From Chiloscyllium plagiosum (Eukaryota), in assembly GCF_004010195.1 (NCBI RefSeq), contig NC_057714.1, forward strand, positions 61,219,868 to 61,283,867: a stretch of 64,000 nt of DNA. Direction: 5' to 3'. The notes under the pieces were generated by a model. It was not told the origin of the DNA. It saw only the letters and a list, made by a program, of their open reading frames with translations, and did not search any database. The translations under genes were made by a program, and so were the position numbers. Shown in pieces: positions 38,851 to 51,645 of the stretch (positions within the stretch are counted from its first letter, which is position 1; the number at the start of each line of letters is the position of its first letter).

Positions 38851-40089
38851 TTATAGTGAACCAGCCACCTCGTGTCTCTTGCAAATTAATGAAAGCATCT
38901 GGAGAAAGACAACTGAATACGAGCATTCTGACTAGCATAAGAATCTCGGTATTATCTCATCAACCCTCAATTAAGATATGCTTCCCAGTTTTCCTTTGCC
39001 CATAACCTATTTTTCTTGCTCTGTGTGTGCATGTGTGTGTAAAGGGGAATTTATAAGGGGATTAGAGTTTTAATTTATAGTGTTATGTGCTGATGGTGTA
39101 TAATAGTTTACCTGTAGCTAGTGTCTAATTATTTACAGAGCGTCTTCCAGGGACTTCCCTTGGAGCTGGCAGCAGTCGGAGGCCGGAGACTCAGGAAGCA
39201 GTAAAGAGCTAAACAGCTTCTGGTAAGAGGGAGCAGGAAATCCCAAAGTGTTATTGCAGCCAAGTCAGTAAGTGATTGGCTGATTGAAGGTTGAGTATAA
39301 CTTTTTAATTGTTTACTCTAATCAAATAGCCAGTTGGCATTTCTGTTCCTTCTAGTTAACTTTTAGTGTGTGTTAATGAGAATTCGATTTAGATTTTTAT
39401 TAAGTGGGGAGTGTTTGGGTTAATTAATTAAAGGGATATTAAGCTAGCACCTTCAAGTAGTACGCTCCACCTGCTCCATCAGAGTTCTTGGGCGCTGATG
39501 GCACCGATGAGCAACGCGTGTGCAGGAGATGCCATCAGTAACTCCAACTTGATAGCCAGGTTACAGAGCTTCAGTGAGGTCTGGAGGTGATAAGCATCTG
39601 GGAGAATGAGAGTTACATGGAGAGTTACACAAAATAAAAGGGTGCAGGAGGATAGGGAATGGGTGGCCATCCCTTGCAAGTATAAGGAGAGGCAGGTACT
39701 GCAGGAGTTCCCTAAGGCTGCGCCAATAACCCACTGGTACTCTGTGTTGAATTCTGGTGATGGTGATAATGCCTCAGGGAATTTCAGCCAAAGCAAAACC
39801 CACAGCACTGTGGGTTGCTCAGCTGCAGAGTAGGGAGAAAAAAGCTATTAGCACTGTAGTGATAGGTGACTCAATCGTTAGGGGAGCAGACAGCTGCTTC
39901 TGCAGCCACTCTCGTGACAAAAGGATAGTGTGGTGAGTCCCTGGTGCAAGGGTCCTGCAGGTTACTGAGTGGCTGCTGAGGGTGGGGAGGTGAAACCAGT
40001 CAGTAGTCGCGGTACACGTTCGTACCGATGACATGGGTAGGAAGAGGGATGAAGTCCTGATAGCTAATGAGGGATTTTAGAGAAGATAT

Positions 40090-40778
40090 GTAGCTCAGAT
40101 TGTGGATCAGATTGTACATTTGCTCGCTGAGCTGGTAGATTTTTTTGTCAGACGTTTTGTCGCCATGCTAGGTTACATCATCAGTGAGCCTCCGATGAAG
40201 CGTTGGTGTTCTGCCCCGCTTGCTATTTGTGTCTTGGTCTGTTGTGGTGAGTGATCTCATTTCTTGTTCTGTTTCTGAGAGGTTGGTCAATGGGGTCCAA
40301 ATGGATGTATTTGTTAATGGAGTTCTGGTTTGAATGCCAGGCCTCTCAGAATTCCTGTGCATGTCTTTGTTTAGCCTGTCCTAGAATGGATATATCGTCC
40401 CAGTCGAACTGGTGCCCCTCTTCATTTATGTGTATGGATACTAGTGATAGTAGGTTAGGTCTTTTGGTGGCTAGTTTCCTGCCTGTCTGTCCAATGTAAT
40501 GTTTGTTGCAGTCCTTGCAGGGTATTTTGTATATGACATTCGTCCTGATGGTTGTTGATACAGGGTCCTTTAAATTCATCAGGAGCTGTTTCAGTGTGGT
40601 GGTAGGTTTGTGAGCTACCATGATGCCTAGGGGCCAGAGTAGTCTGGTTGTCATCTCCGAGATGTCTTTAATGTATGGCAGGGTGGCTAGAGTATCTGGG
40701 TGTGTTGTGTCATCTTGTTTAGGATTGTTGTGTAGGAATTGGTGAACTGCACTAATTGGGTACCCATTGTTCCTGAAT
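40090..40778 (-). mobile_element. Penelope-like element 3' part (GIY-YIG endonuclease plus hammerhead), left arm
   Basis: NVIYKIPCKDCNKHYIGQTGRKL. Confidence 0.88.
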
Positions 40779-40805
40779 ACATTGCATCAGTGCTTTTCCT
40801 CAACA

Positions 40806-41522
40806 ATGTATTCAGGAACAACGGGTACCCAATAAGCGCAGTCCGCCAATTCCTACACAACAATCCTAAACAAGACGACAACAAACGCAGAGACTCTCGC
40901 TACCCTGCCGTACATTAAAGACATCTCGGAGATGACAACCAGACTACTCGAGCCCCTAGGCATCATGGTAGCCCACAAACCTACCACCACACTGAAACAG
41001 CTCCTGATGAATTTAAAGGACTCCGTATCAACAACCAGCAGAACAAATGTTATATACAAAATACCCTGCAAGGACTGCAATGAACATTACATTAGACAGA
41101 CAGGCAGGAAACTAGCCACCAAGATACATGAGCACCAACTAACCACCAAAAGACATGGCCAACTATCACTAGTAACCATACACACAGATGAAGAGGGACA
41201 CTAGTTCGACTGAGAGAATACATTCATCCTGGAACACACTAAACAAAGACACACACTGGAATTCCTACAGGCCTGGCATTCAAACCAGAACTCCATTAGC
41301 AAACACGTTGATTTGGACACCATTTACCAACCTCTCAGAAACAGAACCGGAAGTGGTAACACCTACCGTAACTGACCAAGACACAAATAGCAAGCGGGGC
41401 AGAACACCAGCGCTTTATCGGAGGCTCGCTGATGATGTTACCTAGCATGGTGATGAAACGTCTGAGAACAAACCTACCAGCTCAACGAGCAAACTTACAA
41501 CACGATGCTTAACCTGAGCTAC
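40806..41522 (+). mobile_element. Penelope-like element 3' part (GIY-YIG endonuclease plus hammerhead), right arm
   Basis: TLPYIKDISEMTTRLL; NVIYKIPCKDCNEHYIRQTGRKLATKIHEH. Confidence 0.88.
41425..41466 (+). ncRNA. Minimal type I hammerhead ribozyme motif in the Penelope 3' end
   Basis: CTCG-CTGATGA-T-GTTACC tagcat GGTGAT-GAAAC-GTC-TGAG. Confidence 0.75.
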
Positions 41523-44500
41523 GGAGGGAATTAGGAGCCAGGATGAAAGCCGGGACCTCAAACCTCTCTAGATCACGAACTGTGCCATGTGATAGTAAGA
41601 CAAGGAATTGGCAGATTAGACAGTTTACTATGTGGCAGGGGGAGTGCTGTCTGGGAGAGAGCTATAGACTCCTGAATAACTGGGGCAATTTCTGGGGGAG
41701 GTGGAATCTGTCCAAGAGAGGGACAGCCTTCACCCCAACAGTGACCGGACTGATATTCTTGTGGGTGGTTTAGCTAGCACTGTTGGCTGGACTTTAAACT
41801 AGTTTGGCAGGGAGATAGGAACCAAAGGGGAAGATCTGAGTAAGCTAGACTGGGTTAGAGCTTAAGGAAAACAAGAATCAACACAGTAAATAAAAAGCAA
41901 GAAGTAGCTGAGCAGTGTAGCACTGAGGTGAGTGGAAACCGAGTAGTGACAGAAAAAGTGAGAATGTTTGAAAACAAGAAGGTTCTTCTGGTAGAGGTGT
42001 TAGGATTCAAAAGGTATGAAATCTAGCATCTGGGCACTTTACCTGAATGCTCACAGCATTCAAAACAAGATGAATGAGTTGACAGCACAAATCATCACAA
42101 ATGGATATGATTCAGTGGCCATTAAAGAGACATGGGTGGTCACAATTGAGAGTTAAATATCCAAGAGTATCGGACTATTTGGAAGGACAGACACAAAGAA
42201 AAGGGAGCTGGCGTAGCTTTGATATTTAAGGATGACATCAGGGCAATAGTGAGAGATGATGCAGATTCTATGGAGAAATGAGTTGAATCAACAGGTGTAG
42301 GAATTAGAAATGGTAAGGGGAATAATTACTGATAGGTGCGGTCTGTCAGCCACTAAATAACAACATCGTGGTGGCGTGGGCAATAAACAACTGGTTCGGC
42401 AGATATCATGGGGTGTTTTAATCTATATATTGATTGGTCAAACCAAGTTGGTCATGGCAGCTTTGAGGAGTTCATACAGCGTATGTGACTTAGTTTCCTC
42501 AAACAGAATGTAATGGAACCTACGACAGAGCAAATTATCCTAGATCTGACCCTGTGTAATGAGACAGGAATAATAGATGATCTCAAAATTAGGGATCCTC
42601 TCGGAAGGAGCAATCACAGTACAGTTGAATTTAAAATACCGTTGGGAGGGTGAGAAGGTAAAATCCAATACAGTGTCTTATGCTTAAATGAAAGGAGACT
42701 GCAATGGGATGGAAGAGGAGTTGGCTAAGGTAGACTGGGAGCAAAGACTATACGGTGGGACAATGGAGGAACAGTAGTGGACCTTCAAAGCAATTTTTCA
42801 CAGAGCTCAGCACAAGTATATAACAGTGACAAGGAAGGACTGTAGGAAAAGGGAAGATGAGCCATGGATAGCAAAGAAAATAAAGGAAGGTATCATAAAG
42901 GAAGGTATCAAACAAAAAGCAAATGCACACAAAGTGTCAAAGTTTAGTGGGAAACTAGGGAATTGGAAAATCTTTAAAGGTCAACAGAAAGCCATGAGAA
43001 AAGCTATGAAGAAAAGTAAGATAGATTATGAGAGTAAACTAGCTCAAAATATATAAAGTGAAAAAAGCCAATGTCTGAGGTAAACAATGGTCCTTTAGAG
43101 GATGAAAAGGGGGATGTAATAATGGGAAATGAGGATATGGCCCAGGCATTGAACAGCGGAAGAAAAAATAACATGCCAATAATTGATGACAAGTACATTA
43201 TAGCAGATGAGGACCAGAAACAAATCATTATCACTAAAGAGCAGGGGGCAAGCTAATGGGGCTACAGCTAGACAAGTCCCCTGGTCCTGATGAAATGTAT
43301 CCCAGGGTACTAAGTGATAGCGGTGGGAAATAGCAAAATGTGCTTGTGGTAATTTACCCAAAATTTGGTGAACTCTAGGGCTGTTTGGCAAATTGGAAAA
43401 CAGCAAATGTGACGCCACTGTTTAAGAAACGAAGCAGACAAAACGAGGGTAACTATAGGCCTTGCTAGCTTAGCTTCTGTAGTAGGGAAAATGTTTGACT
43501 CTATCAAAGAAGAAATAATGAGCCATTGGGGTAGAAATTGCCACATCGGGCATACGCAACATTGGTTCTTGAAAGGCAGGTCATATTTAACTAATTTACT
43601 GGAATTCTTTGAGGACTTTATGAGCAGACTGGATAATGGGGAACTGCAGATGAGGTATATCTTGATTACGGAAGGCATTCGACAAGGTCACATACAAAAA
43701 GCTGCAAAAGGCACAAAAGGTAAAAGTGCACAGTGTTCCGGGTAATGTATTAGCATGGATAGAAGATTAGTTAACTAATAGAAAGCAAAAAGTGGGGATT
43801 AATAGCTGTTTGTCTGCTTGGTGATCAGTGGCTGGTGGTGTGCCTCAAGGATCAATTTTGGGACCACAATTGTTTACAATTTACATATAGTTGGGGACTA
43901 AGTGTAGTGTGTCAAAGTTTGCAGATGACACTACAATGAATGGTACAGCAAAGTGCGCAGAGGAAACTGAAAGTCTGCAGAGGGATATAGATAAGTTAAG
44001 TGAGTCAGCAGGGGTGTGGCAGATGGATGACTGCAATATTGGTAAATGTGAGCTCATCCATTTTGGTAGGAATAACAGCAAAGTGGACTATTATTTAAAT
44101 GGTGCAAAGTTGAAGCTTCCTACTGTGCAGAGGGTCCTAGTTGTCCTCGTGCATGAATCACAAGGCGGCAAACAGAATATTGTCCTTCATTGTTAGAGGG
44201 ATGGAGTTTAAAAGTTTGATTTTTCTGGGACACCTCATGCCTAAGAATGTACAAAAATCCCTGCCTATTTATACAGAAAAGAAACACGCAGTCAGAGATG
44301 CTGCAGCTGTATAGGGAGTTGGTGAGGCCACACCTGGAGTATTGTGGAAAGTTTTAGTCTCCTTATTGAGAAAGGATGTACTGGCACTGGAAGGGGTGCA
44401 GAGGAGGTTCACTAGATTGATTCCAAAGTTGACAGTGTTGTATTATGAGGAGAGATTGAGTAGACTGGGACTATACTCATTGGAATTAAGAAGAATGAGG

Positions 44501-45109
44501 GGCATTCTTATAGAAACATATAAAATTATGAAGGGAATAGATAAGATAGGTCCACGGAGGTTGTTTTCACTGGCAGGTGAAATTAGAACGCGGGGGGGTG
44601 CATAGCCTCAAAATAAGGGCAAGAAGATTTAGAACCGAGTTGAGGAGGAACTTCTTCACCCAAAGGGTTGTGAACCTGTGGAATTCCCTGCCCAGTGAAG
44701 CAGTTGGGGCTACCTCGTTGAATGTTTTTAAGGCGAAGATCGATAAATTTTTGAAAACTAAAGTAATTAAAGGTTATGGTAAGCGGGGCGGGGGGGGGGG
44801 GGGAGGTGGAAATAAGTAGAGCTAAGTTCATAAAAAGATCAGCCATGGTCTTATTGAATGGTGGAGAGGGTTTGATGGGCTAGATGGCCTACTTCTGCTC
44901 CTGTTTCCTAATGTACTTGTAATAAAGAGAATCTTCCTAAGAACACAAACCTGATTTGTGTTTCCTGTCAACCTGAGTCTGAAAGTCAGGTAAATTGTAT
45001 GCACCTTTTTTTCTCTTAAGCATCTTTGACTTTTGGGACAACTCCACAAATAGCAGGGCTTGATTTTCTAGTATGGTTCACTGGTGAAATGTGACAAGAT
45101 ACACAAAAG

Positions 45110-45324
45110 GAGAAAGTGAGGGCTGCAAATGCTAGAGATCAGAGCTGAAAATGTGTTGCTGGAAAAGCGCAGCAGGTCAGGCAGCATCCAAGGAACAGGA
45201 GAATCGACGTTTCGGGCATAAGCCCTTCTTCAGGAATCAGGGCTGAAGAAGGGCTTATGCCCGAAACGTCGATTCTCCTGTTCCTTGGATGCTGCCTGAT
45301 CTGCTGCGCTTTTCCAGCAACACA
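45110..45324. mobile_element. Family A hairpin with an intact hammerhead core on each strand
   Basis: 82-bp arms 45152-45233 and 45243-45324 with 1 mismatch; TSD ACAAGATACACAAAAG at 45094-45109 and 45322-45337. Confidence 0.88.
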
Positions 45325-46479
45325 AGATACACAAAAGTACATGTAAAATACACTGCCCAGCAACTATGGCAACTGCCAAGGTTTTTAGTATAACTAAGTC
45401 TTTTTTTAAGCATTGACACAAGATACAAGCAGATGTTCCTTTAGAGAAGAATATACAAGTTATAAATAGACTATTGATGCTTTGAACTAAATATTTTGTT
45501 TTGCAAACACAACAAAGAAGATACTGTATTAATTTCTAATATGTCATCTAAATAAATAGCATCACTGACTCAGTGTATCCAGACAGAACAGGAGTTTTTC
45601 TCCATTCTTAAACTCAAGTAGATACACAACAATAACAGTGGCTGACAAAAAATACCAATAGCAACCAAAGTAGATTCCTTTGGAATGCAACATTTATATG
45701 TCTTTTAGTGCCACCAAGTGAGATAAGACTACTGTCAAAACATAAGTGTGATTTTTTTTGAAAAAGGGAGGTCAGCAATTTGACTGATTCCTCATGCCGA
45801 AAAGTGTCAAAAAAAAACCCACCTATTTATACAGAAAAGAAACACACAGTCAGTCAGAGATCCTGTTATTAGGCCTAATATTGTAAATGGGCACAGGACT
45901 TTGGGACACATGACTAACATCCCTGTATATTTAGAAATATTAACCTATCTGCAGTAATCTAGTGTAAGAATGAGAAAAGTTACATCAAGATAGGAAAGGG
46001 GATACCCATAAAATGGTTCTTAAACTGACAACCATTCTTCCCATAGCAAAATATTCCTTTCACAGTTGAATTTCTGATACAAGGCAAAATCATTTAATTT
46101 AAATAAAAGCCATGAGCTGTGTTTAGTATTCAAATCACTGCTGGTGGCTTTTGGAGGAGCTCAGAAAATGCGTAGTTGTGGCTTAAACTAAATCTCCTTG
46201 AACAGGAAAGTTCCTGCTTTCTATATAAAGTCCAAACCGAAAGATTATATGACTTTGAGAATACAATGTGTATATGAGCAAACAGGCCCTACACACCCAA
46301 TAATCAAATGTTACAGTCAACCCAACATATGCCTTATCCTTTGTAAAGCTTGCGGTAATACTTTTACAAGCACACTCCTTATACAAATCCTCATCTGCAA
46401 GATTCATCCAGGTAAACGATGGCTATTAGGATTTTACATTGCCAGCATTTTCTGGAAGGCTAAAACATTGCCCAGTTAT

Positions 46480-48380
46480 GATATGCATAATGTGATAATA
46501 GTAGGGAAATTATAAACGAGACTATTATAAAGTGATTACTGGATATTGTATTTGGAAAATAATTGTCTGATTCAGTCGAGTCAACTTGGTTTAGCGAAGT
46601 GGAAAATCACATTTGAAAAGCCAAATAGATTTTCTAGAGACCGTCACTAACCAAGTGAATACACAAAACTAGTGGATGCGGTGTATTTGGACTTTTGGAA
46701 GGCTTTTGATGTAGTCCAGTAGTGCAAGTTAGTAAACACAGTCAAAGCATGTGAAATTGGGGGTATTACATGAGCATGGATTAAAGATTGGTTGACAGGT
46801 AGTGTTATGAAGGTGTAAGAGGTACTGTACCTTTAAGGGAGTTGAAGAACTTAGAGAAGTACAGAGAGTGCTAAAGTACAGAGAGTGCTGGAGAAGTTAC
46901 AATGTAACTTTTGGTTTAAAGCAGCTAGCACTGGCTGGGTTGCCTGGAGACAAAAATAAATTTAAATTTGGTCAATCAGTTTAAATTATACCCCAAAATA
47001 CCAATCTTCAATCAAGTTTGAATTGAGGATATTGACAATATTAAACAACCAATGAAACAATCCAACGCCTAGGGGTATAAGACCGGGGAAAATTGAATAA
47101 TTGGGGAGGAGAACTGCCAAGCCACCAGCATGTACAGACTGCCTGAAACACAGCTCTCTTAAAAGATACCTTTATCTATCAATGACCTGTGAAACAGGAA
47201 TCTGTAAGAAGAAAATCCATACAGAAAGACACAAAGGGAAGATTCGACAGCTGCCTGGTTTTGAAATTTGAATTTTTGGTAAATCTTAAATCGGGGTTTT
47301 ATCGGACTAGTATTATAAAAGGGAAAGCAAAAGATAGGTTAGAGAAAGGAGTTGTAAAGAGTTGTTAGTAACTATTCTCTGTTAAACTTTAAGAAATAAA
47401 GTTGTTACTTTTTTACTTTAAATTGTTCTTGGCCTCTTGAACTTTCACAGATTACAGCATGGGATGAACCTTTTGTGTGTCAGGTTTAAATTAGCAGAAT
47501 GGTTTACCCGGTGTTGTAACAGTAGAAAGCGAAAAATAGAAATAAAAGGGATGATTCTAAGACTGACAGGCTGTGACTGATGGGGGTATTGCTTGGGATC
47601 ATAATTTATATTAATGATTAGATGTCAGGACCATTTGTAATATTTCCAAGTTTGCAAATGACAAAACTTGGTGGGAATGTGATTTGTGAGGAGGGTGCCA
47701 TGAAGCTCCAGAGGGATTTAGACAGTTGAGTGATTGGCAAGAGCATAGCAAATGGAATATAGTGTGGTTAAGTGCGACACTATCCACTTTGGTAGGGGCA
47801 GAGTATTGCTTGAATAGTGAGACGATAGAGAATATTGATGTCCAAAGTCACCCAAGGTCATTAGTCACTGGAAGTTAGTACATAAGTGCAGCATCAATTT
47901 AAAAAGTTTTAACAGAATATCAGCCTTCATTGCAAGAGGACTCTAGTTCAGGAGTGAAAAGGGTTTGTTTCAATTATACAGAACACTACACCTGGAGTAT
48001 TATGTGCATTTTTACCACTCCCTGAGGCAAGATATACTTACTATAGAGGTTAACCAGATTGATTCCTGTGATGGTTACACTGTCTTGTGAGAAGTGATTT
48101 AGGGGATTGAGCCTGTTTTCTCTGATGGTTAGAAAAACAAGAGACAATTTTGTAGGGACAAAATAGGTGCAAAAGGATGGTTTCCCCTAGCTATGATCTG
48201 TGGAATCAGCAGTCACTGTCTCAGAATAAATGGCAAGCCAGTTAGCACTGAGATGAGGTATTTCTTCACACAGAGAGGATTTGGTTTAATGTGAGAATAG
48301 AGCTTTGAGGTAGATGATTTACCATTCCAGATCATGGATGAATAAGACTTGAGGGCCTAAAAGGCCTCCTGCTACTCCTT
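46480..48380 (+). mobile_element. Decayed CR1 interrupted by a solo LTR
   Basis: VDAVYLDFWKAFD before the LTR and ISKFAND after it. Confidence 0.75.
46803..47521 (+). mobile_element. Solo LTR (719 bp)
   Basis: TGTTA...TAACA termini; GTAG TSD at 46799-46802 and 47522-47525; CCAAT, TATAA (about 47076), AATAAA (47395). Confidence 0.85.
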
Positions 48381-48460
48381 TATTCCCCTGCTTCAATCTA
48401 TTGTATTTGTTAGATGTCAAGTATAGAAAACTAGTTTTTAAAATAGTGCTGCTTTAGAAA

Positions 48461-48675
48461 AGTGGTGGAAAAGCACAGCAGGTCCGGCAGCATCCGAGCG
48501 ACGGAAAAAATGACATTTCAGGCAAAAGCCCTTCATCAGGAAAGTCCTGATGAAGGGCTTTTGCCCGAAACATCGATTTTCCTGCTTCTCAGATGCTGCC
48601 TGACCTGCTGCACTTTTCTAGCGCCACTCTAATCTTGACTCTGATCTCCAGCATCTACAGACCTCACTCTTGCCT
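48461..48675. mobile_element. Family A hairpin element
   Basis: Inverted arms around the AAAGT centre at 48541-48545. Confidence 0.85.
48537..48584 (+). ncRNA. Type I hammerhead ribozyme motif with full stem I
   Basis: CAGGAAAGTC/GATTTTCCTG 10-bp stem I; CTGATGA; GGGC-TTTT-GCCC; GAAAC; ATC triplet. Confidence 0.75.
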
Positions 48676-49343
48676 GCTTTAGACAGGCTCTACAGAAACC
48701 AAAATAACTAGGAAATGATGAGTTATCACCTGAACATAGAAACACGTCTCAAAATAACTTTGTGCTAAATAAGAAAAAAAAAATCCAGGACTTGAATCTA
48801 GTCCTTATTTACAATATGAAAATATTTATTTTGCTGTAGTTGTCTGCCTCGTTTTGTTGGGTAGGTTAATAAAAGCTAGTAGTTGCAAAGGGTTGAGATC
48901 ACTAGTGATAACAGCAGGGCCAATAGCTGACCCTGCCAATGTAACGCAAGGTCAGTGAATTTAAATACACTCCACGTGTTGCAGTGTTTAACATGGGAAT
49001 TAGAGAATACATTCTTTAGCAGCTGTCGTAAAGTATACAACATGGGGAGGCCTTAGGAAATGCTAAGAAATCAATTAAAAGGGATACAACAGTATATTTT
49101 CTGAACAGCAATCAGCCTTTCGAAATCCTGCACTTGGGGATACTAAATGGTATCAACAGAGAAGTGAACCACTAAAGGAACAAGAACAGATTGAAGGCAA
49201 CAAAAAGAGCTATGCTAACTGCTGACTCCCAGTTTGACAGCTGAAGAAGTGGAAATGAGGAGAAGGTGAGAAACTCACTTCAGGATGCTGTCCCAATAAA
49301 ATGACAAATGTACATACCTAGCAGAAGATGCAGAATACAACTG

Positions 49344-49875
49344 CAAGATGGCAGCAGTGGAGCAGAGGTGTATGTGCCTATTCTGAGGCCAGGACTCTTC
49401 CGCTTCCATCTGCCATTCTATCTTCTCGTTTTTATTTTCCCCTTTTTTGGCAGGAATGTCAGGAGCGGTGGGAGCAGCTATTTCCCGGAATGTTGGCAGC
49501 GATGGGCCCACCGTTGATTTTGAGCCCAGTTCTGGGTGTGGCTGCTTCAGCATTGCTGAGATTGGTCCTAGCACAGACTCATGGCAAGACCACCCTCAAA
49601 AATGGCAATATGGTTCCAGTGGTGCAGGCACCCGAGTGTTCGCAGACTGAGGGACGGACTTTGTGGCTTTGTTCTTCTGGTGGCTGGACCCATGGCAGAG
49701 GTGGGCGAGTGACATGGATGTTTACTTTTTTTTGACTGGCTTTTTTATTTCTGTTTTTAATCCTATCTTTTGAATAGTAAGATGGCACCGGAAAACAGCA
49801 ACTATGCACACTTTTCACTGTACTCCTGCATTCGTGCAGTCGAGTGTACGTGACGATAAAAAAAAGTCTAAATCT
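49344..49875 (+). mobile_element. Unclassified non-autonomous retroposon with LINE-like tail
   Basis: GC-rich block ending AAGATGGC...CTTTTCACTGTACTC...GAGTGTACGTGACGATAAA; related tail at 11555-11614. Confidence 0.45.
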
Positions 49876-51540
49876 AGAATAGGCTGAATACTGTGTACAA
49901 TATCTGCAAATCCCAGCAATAGATATGGGAGAAAATAGAATATCATAAAAGAGAGTGGACTCAGTAAGGTATCAACATTACCAGGTACCAGAACTGATGA
50001 TGACACAATTACCAGCCTCAAAATGTAGCCTTTCAACTTGTAATACAATCTCTCCATGATCATACAACCCTTTCTGTCCATTTCACGCACACCCATACTC
50101 CAAGCAAAGCACACATTCAACTTACAACAGCAAACCTTCCAGTGGTTTCACTACAACACACCCAGTTTGGATTTCAGGTCAGATTTATGACTGTTATCAT
50201 CAACATCTTTTTCCTGGGACATGAAGCAGTTGTGGTGACATTCAGAAGCAAGTCACTTCTTACAGTGGAAAAGCAGCTGAAAGTGAAGGCTAGCTGAGCA
50301 CTGGCTGATAATGCAGTACTAGATGAGTACCATAACCTTGACAATTGATGGAAGTACTTCCAGTGTTAGAATGCATCTGTAGGCATGCTCGCTGCAGGTG
50401 AAAGACAGAGTCTGAAGCAGCTGTCCATTGTCCTTGATGAGTAAGTGTGTCAAGGTTTGGCGTCTGCTGATGCCAGGCATTGTTCATTGCTCATATACTG
50501 CTTAGGAAATAATTCATTTTTATTTGTATTTAGGATGAGAGCATTGCTGCTGAGGCCAGCATTTATTACCCAATGCTGCTGCTTTTTGAGAAACTAGTGG
50601 TGAACTGCCTTTTCGAATACAACCAAATAACTTGCTATGCCATTTCAGAGGGCAATTAAGAGTCAACTACATTGCTGTGGTCTGAGTTCACATATACAGC
50701 ACCCTGGTTAAGGAAGGAAGAGTTCCTTCCCTCAAGGACATTATTAAATCAGAGGCATTTTTATGATCATTCTGTAGTTTAAATAATCTAGACGATTTAT
50801 TTAATTAATTGAATTTTATTGCCCCAGCTACCACAGCAATAATAACACTGCAATATGAACTCACCTCTTGATTATTATTCCAGGCTTCAGGGGTTATTAC
50901 TCAGGTAAAAGAATCACAATGCAGTGGAAAGGGCAAATCTGGTTGGGTTGTGCATCCTACTCTTTATAGAATCTGTCTGATTTGTCAATCCATTGAAATA
51001 AATAAAATGAAAATCATACAAGATTAACACAAACATACAAGCAAGGAACACAAGGATGTTTCTCAACCCTTCAGGCCTGCTCTGCCATTCAATAAATCAA
51101 TTCTCTAGATTTCTATTAATAAGATCATCAACTAATTTGTTAACTTTTTTTTTAAATTACCTGTTTTTACATTTTTAGCTAGATTTCTCCAGTCCACTAA
51201 AATTTCCCTCATTAATTGGTTTAGTAAGTTGTTGCTTTTTAATATTTTGTCCAATATTCTGACAAGCTACCTATTTTTGCACAATTATATGCTTTACATG
51301 AATCTGAAAATAATCTTTGACTTTTTCTTAGTTAACCACTGGTGGTGTATCAGTCCCTTAGAATTTTTTGTTATGTTGGAATGTGTCTATTCTGTGATTG
51401 CCAGAATATCCCCTTAATGTTGCTACTGATTTTCTATTGGTCTATACCTTGACCTGCTTTGCTACAGAAACACAAGAGAGGTAAAGCAACAAAGAAGGAA
51501 ACTGGTGAAAGGGAAATTAAGTAGAGGTTTCCATTTGAAA

Positions 51541-51645
51541 GAAAAACAAAAACAGAAGTTGCTGGAAAATCTCAGCAGGTCTTGGAGCATCTGTGGAGAG
51601 AAACCAGAGTTAACATTTCGGGTCCAGTGACCTTTCTTCAGAACT
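51541..51645 (-). mobile_element. Family B single arm with near-intact hammerhead core
   Basis: Minus strand reads AGTT-CTGAAGA-AAGGTC actg GACCC-GAAAT-GTT-AACT. Confidence 0.7.

Larger units (their letters stand above)
39140..44920 (+). mobile_element. Near full-length decayed CR1 (ORF1 SGNH esterase, APE, RT) interrupted by a Penelope palindrome
   Basis: VIGDSIVRGAD (about 39858) and VHVRTDD (about 40010); LYLNAHSIQNK and VAIKETW (about 42040-42135); SKFADDT; CR1 tail. May be a composite of subfamilies. Confidence 0.8.

Noticed and set aside
38851-39135. Possible LTR fragment between two CR1 copies
   Set aside because: No termini or TSD identifiable
44785-44810. G-run as a G-quadruplex element
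   Set aside because: Homopolymer expansion within a CR1 tail with no other support
49275-49818. Overlapping ORFs in a GC-rich block
   Set aside because: No protein motif; explained by GC content of a repeat with a LINE-like tail
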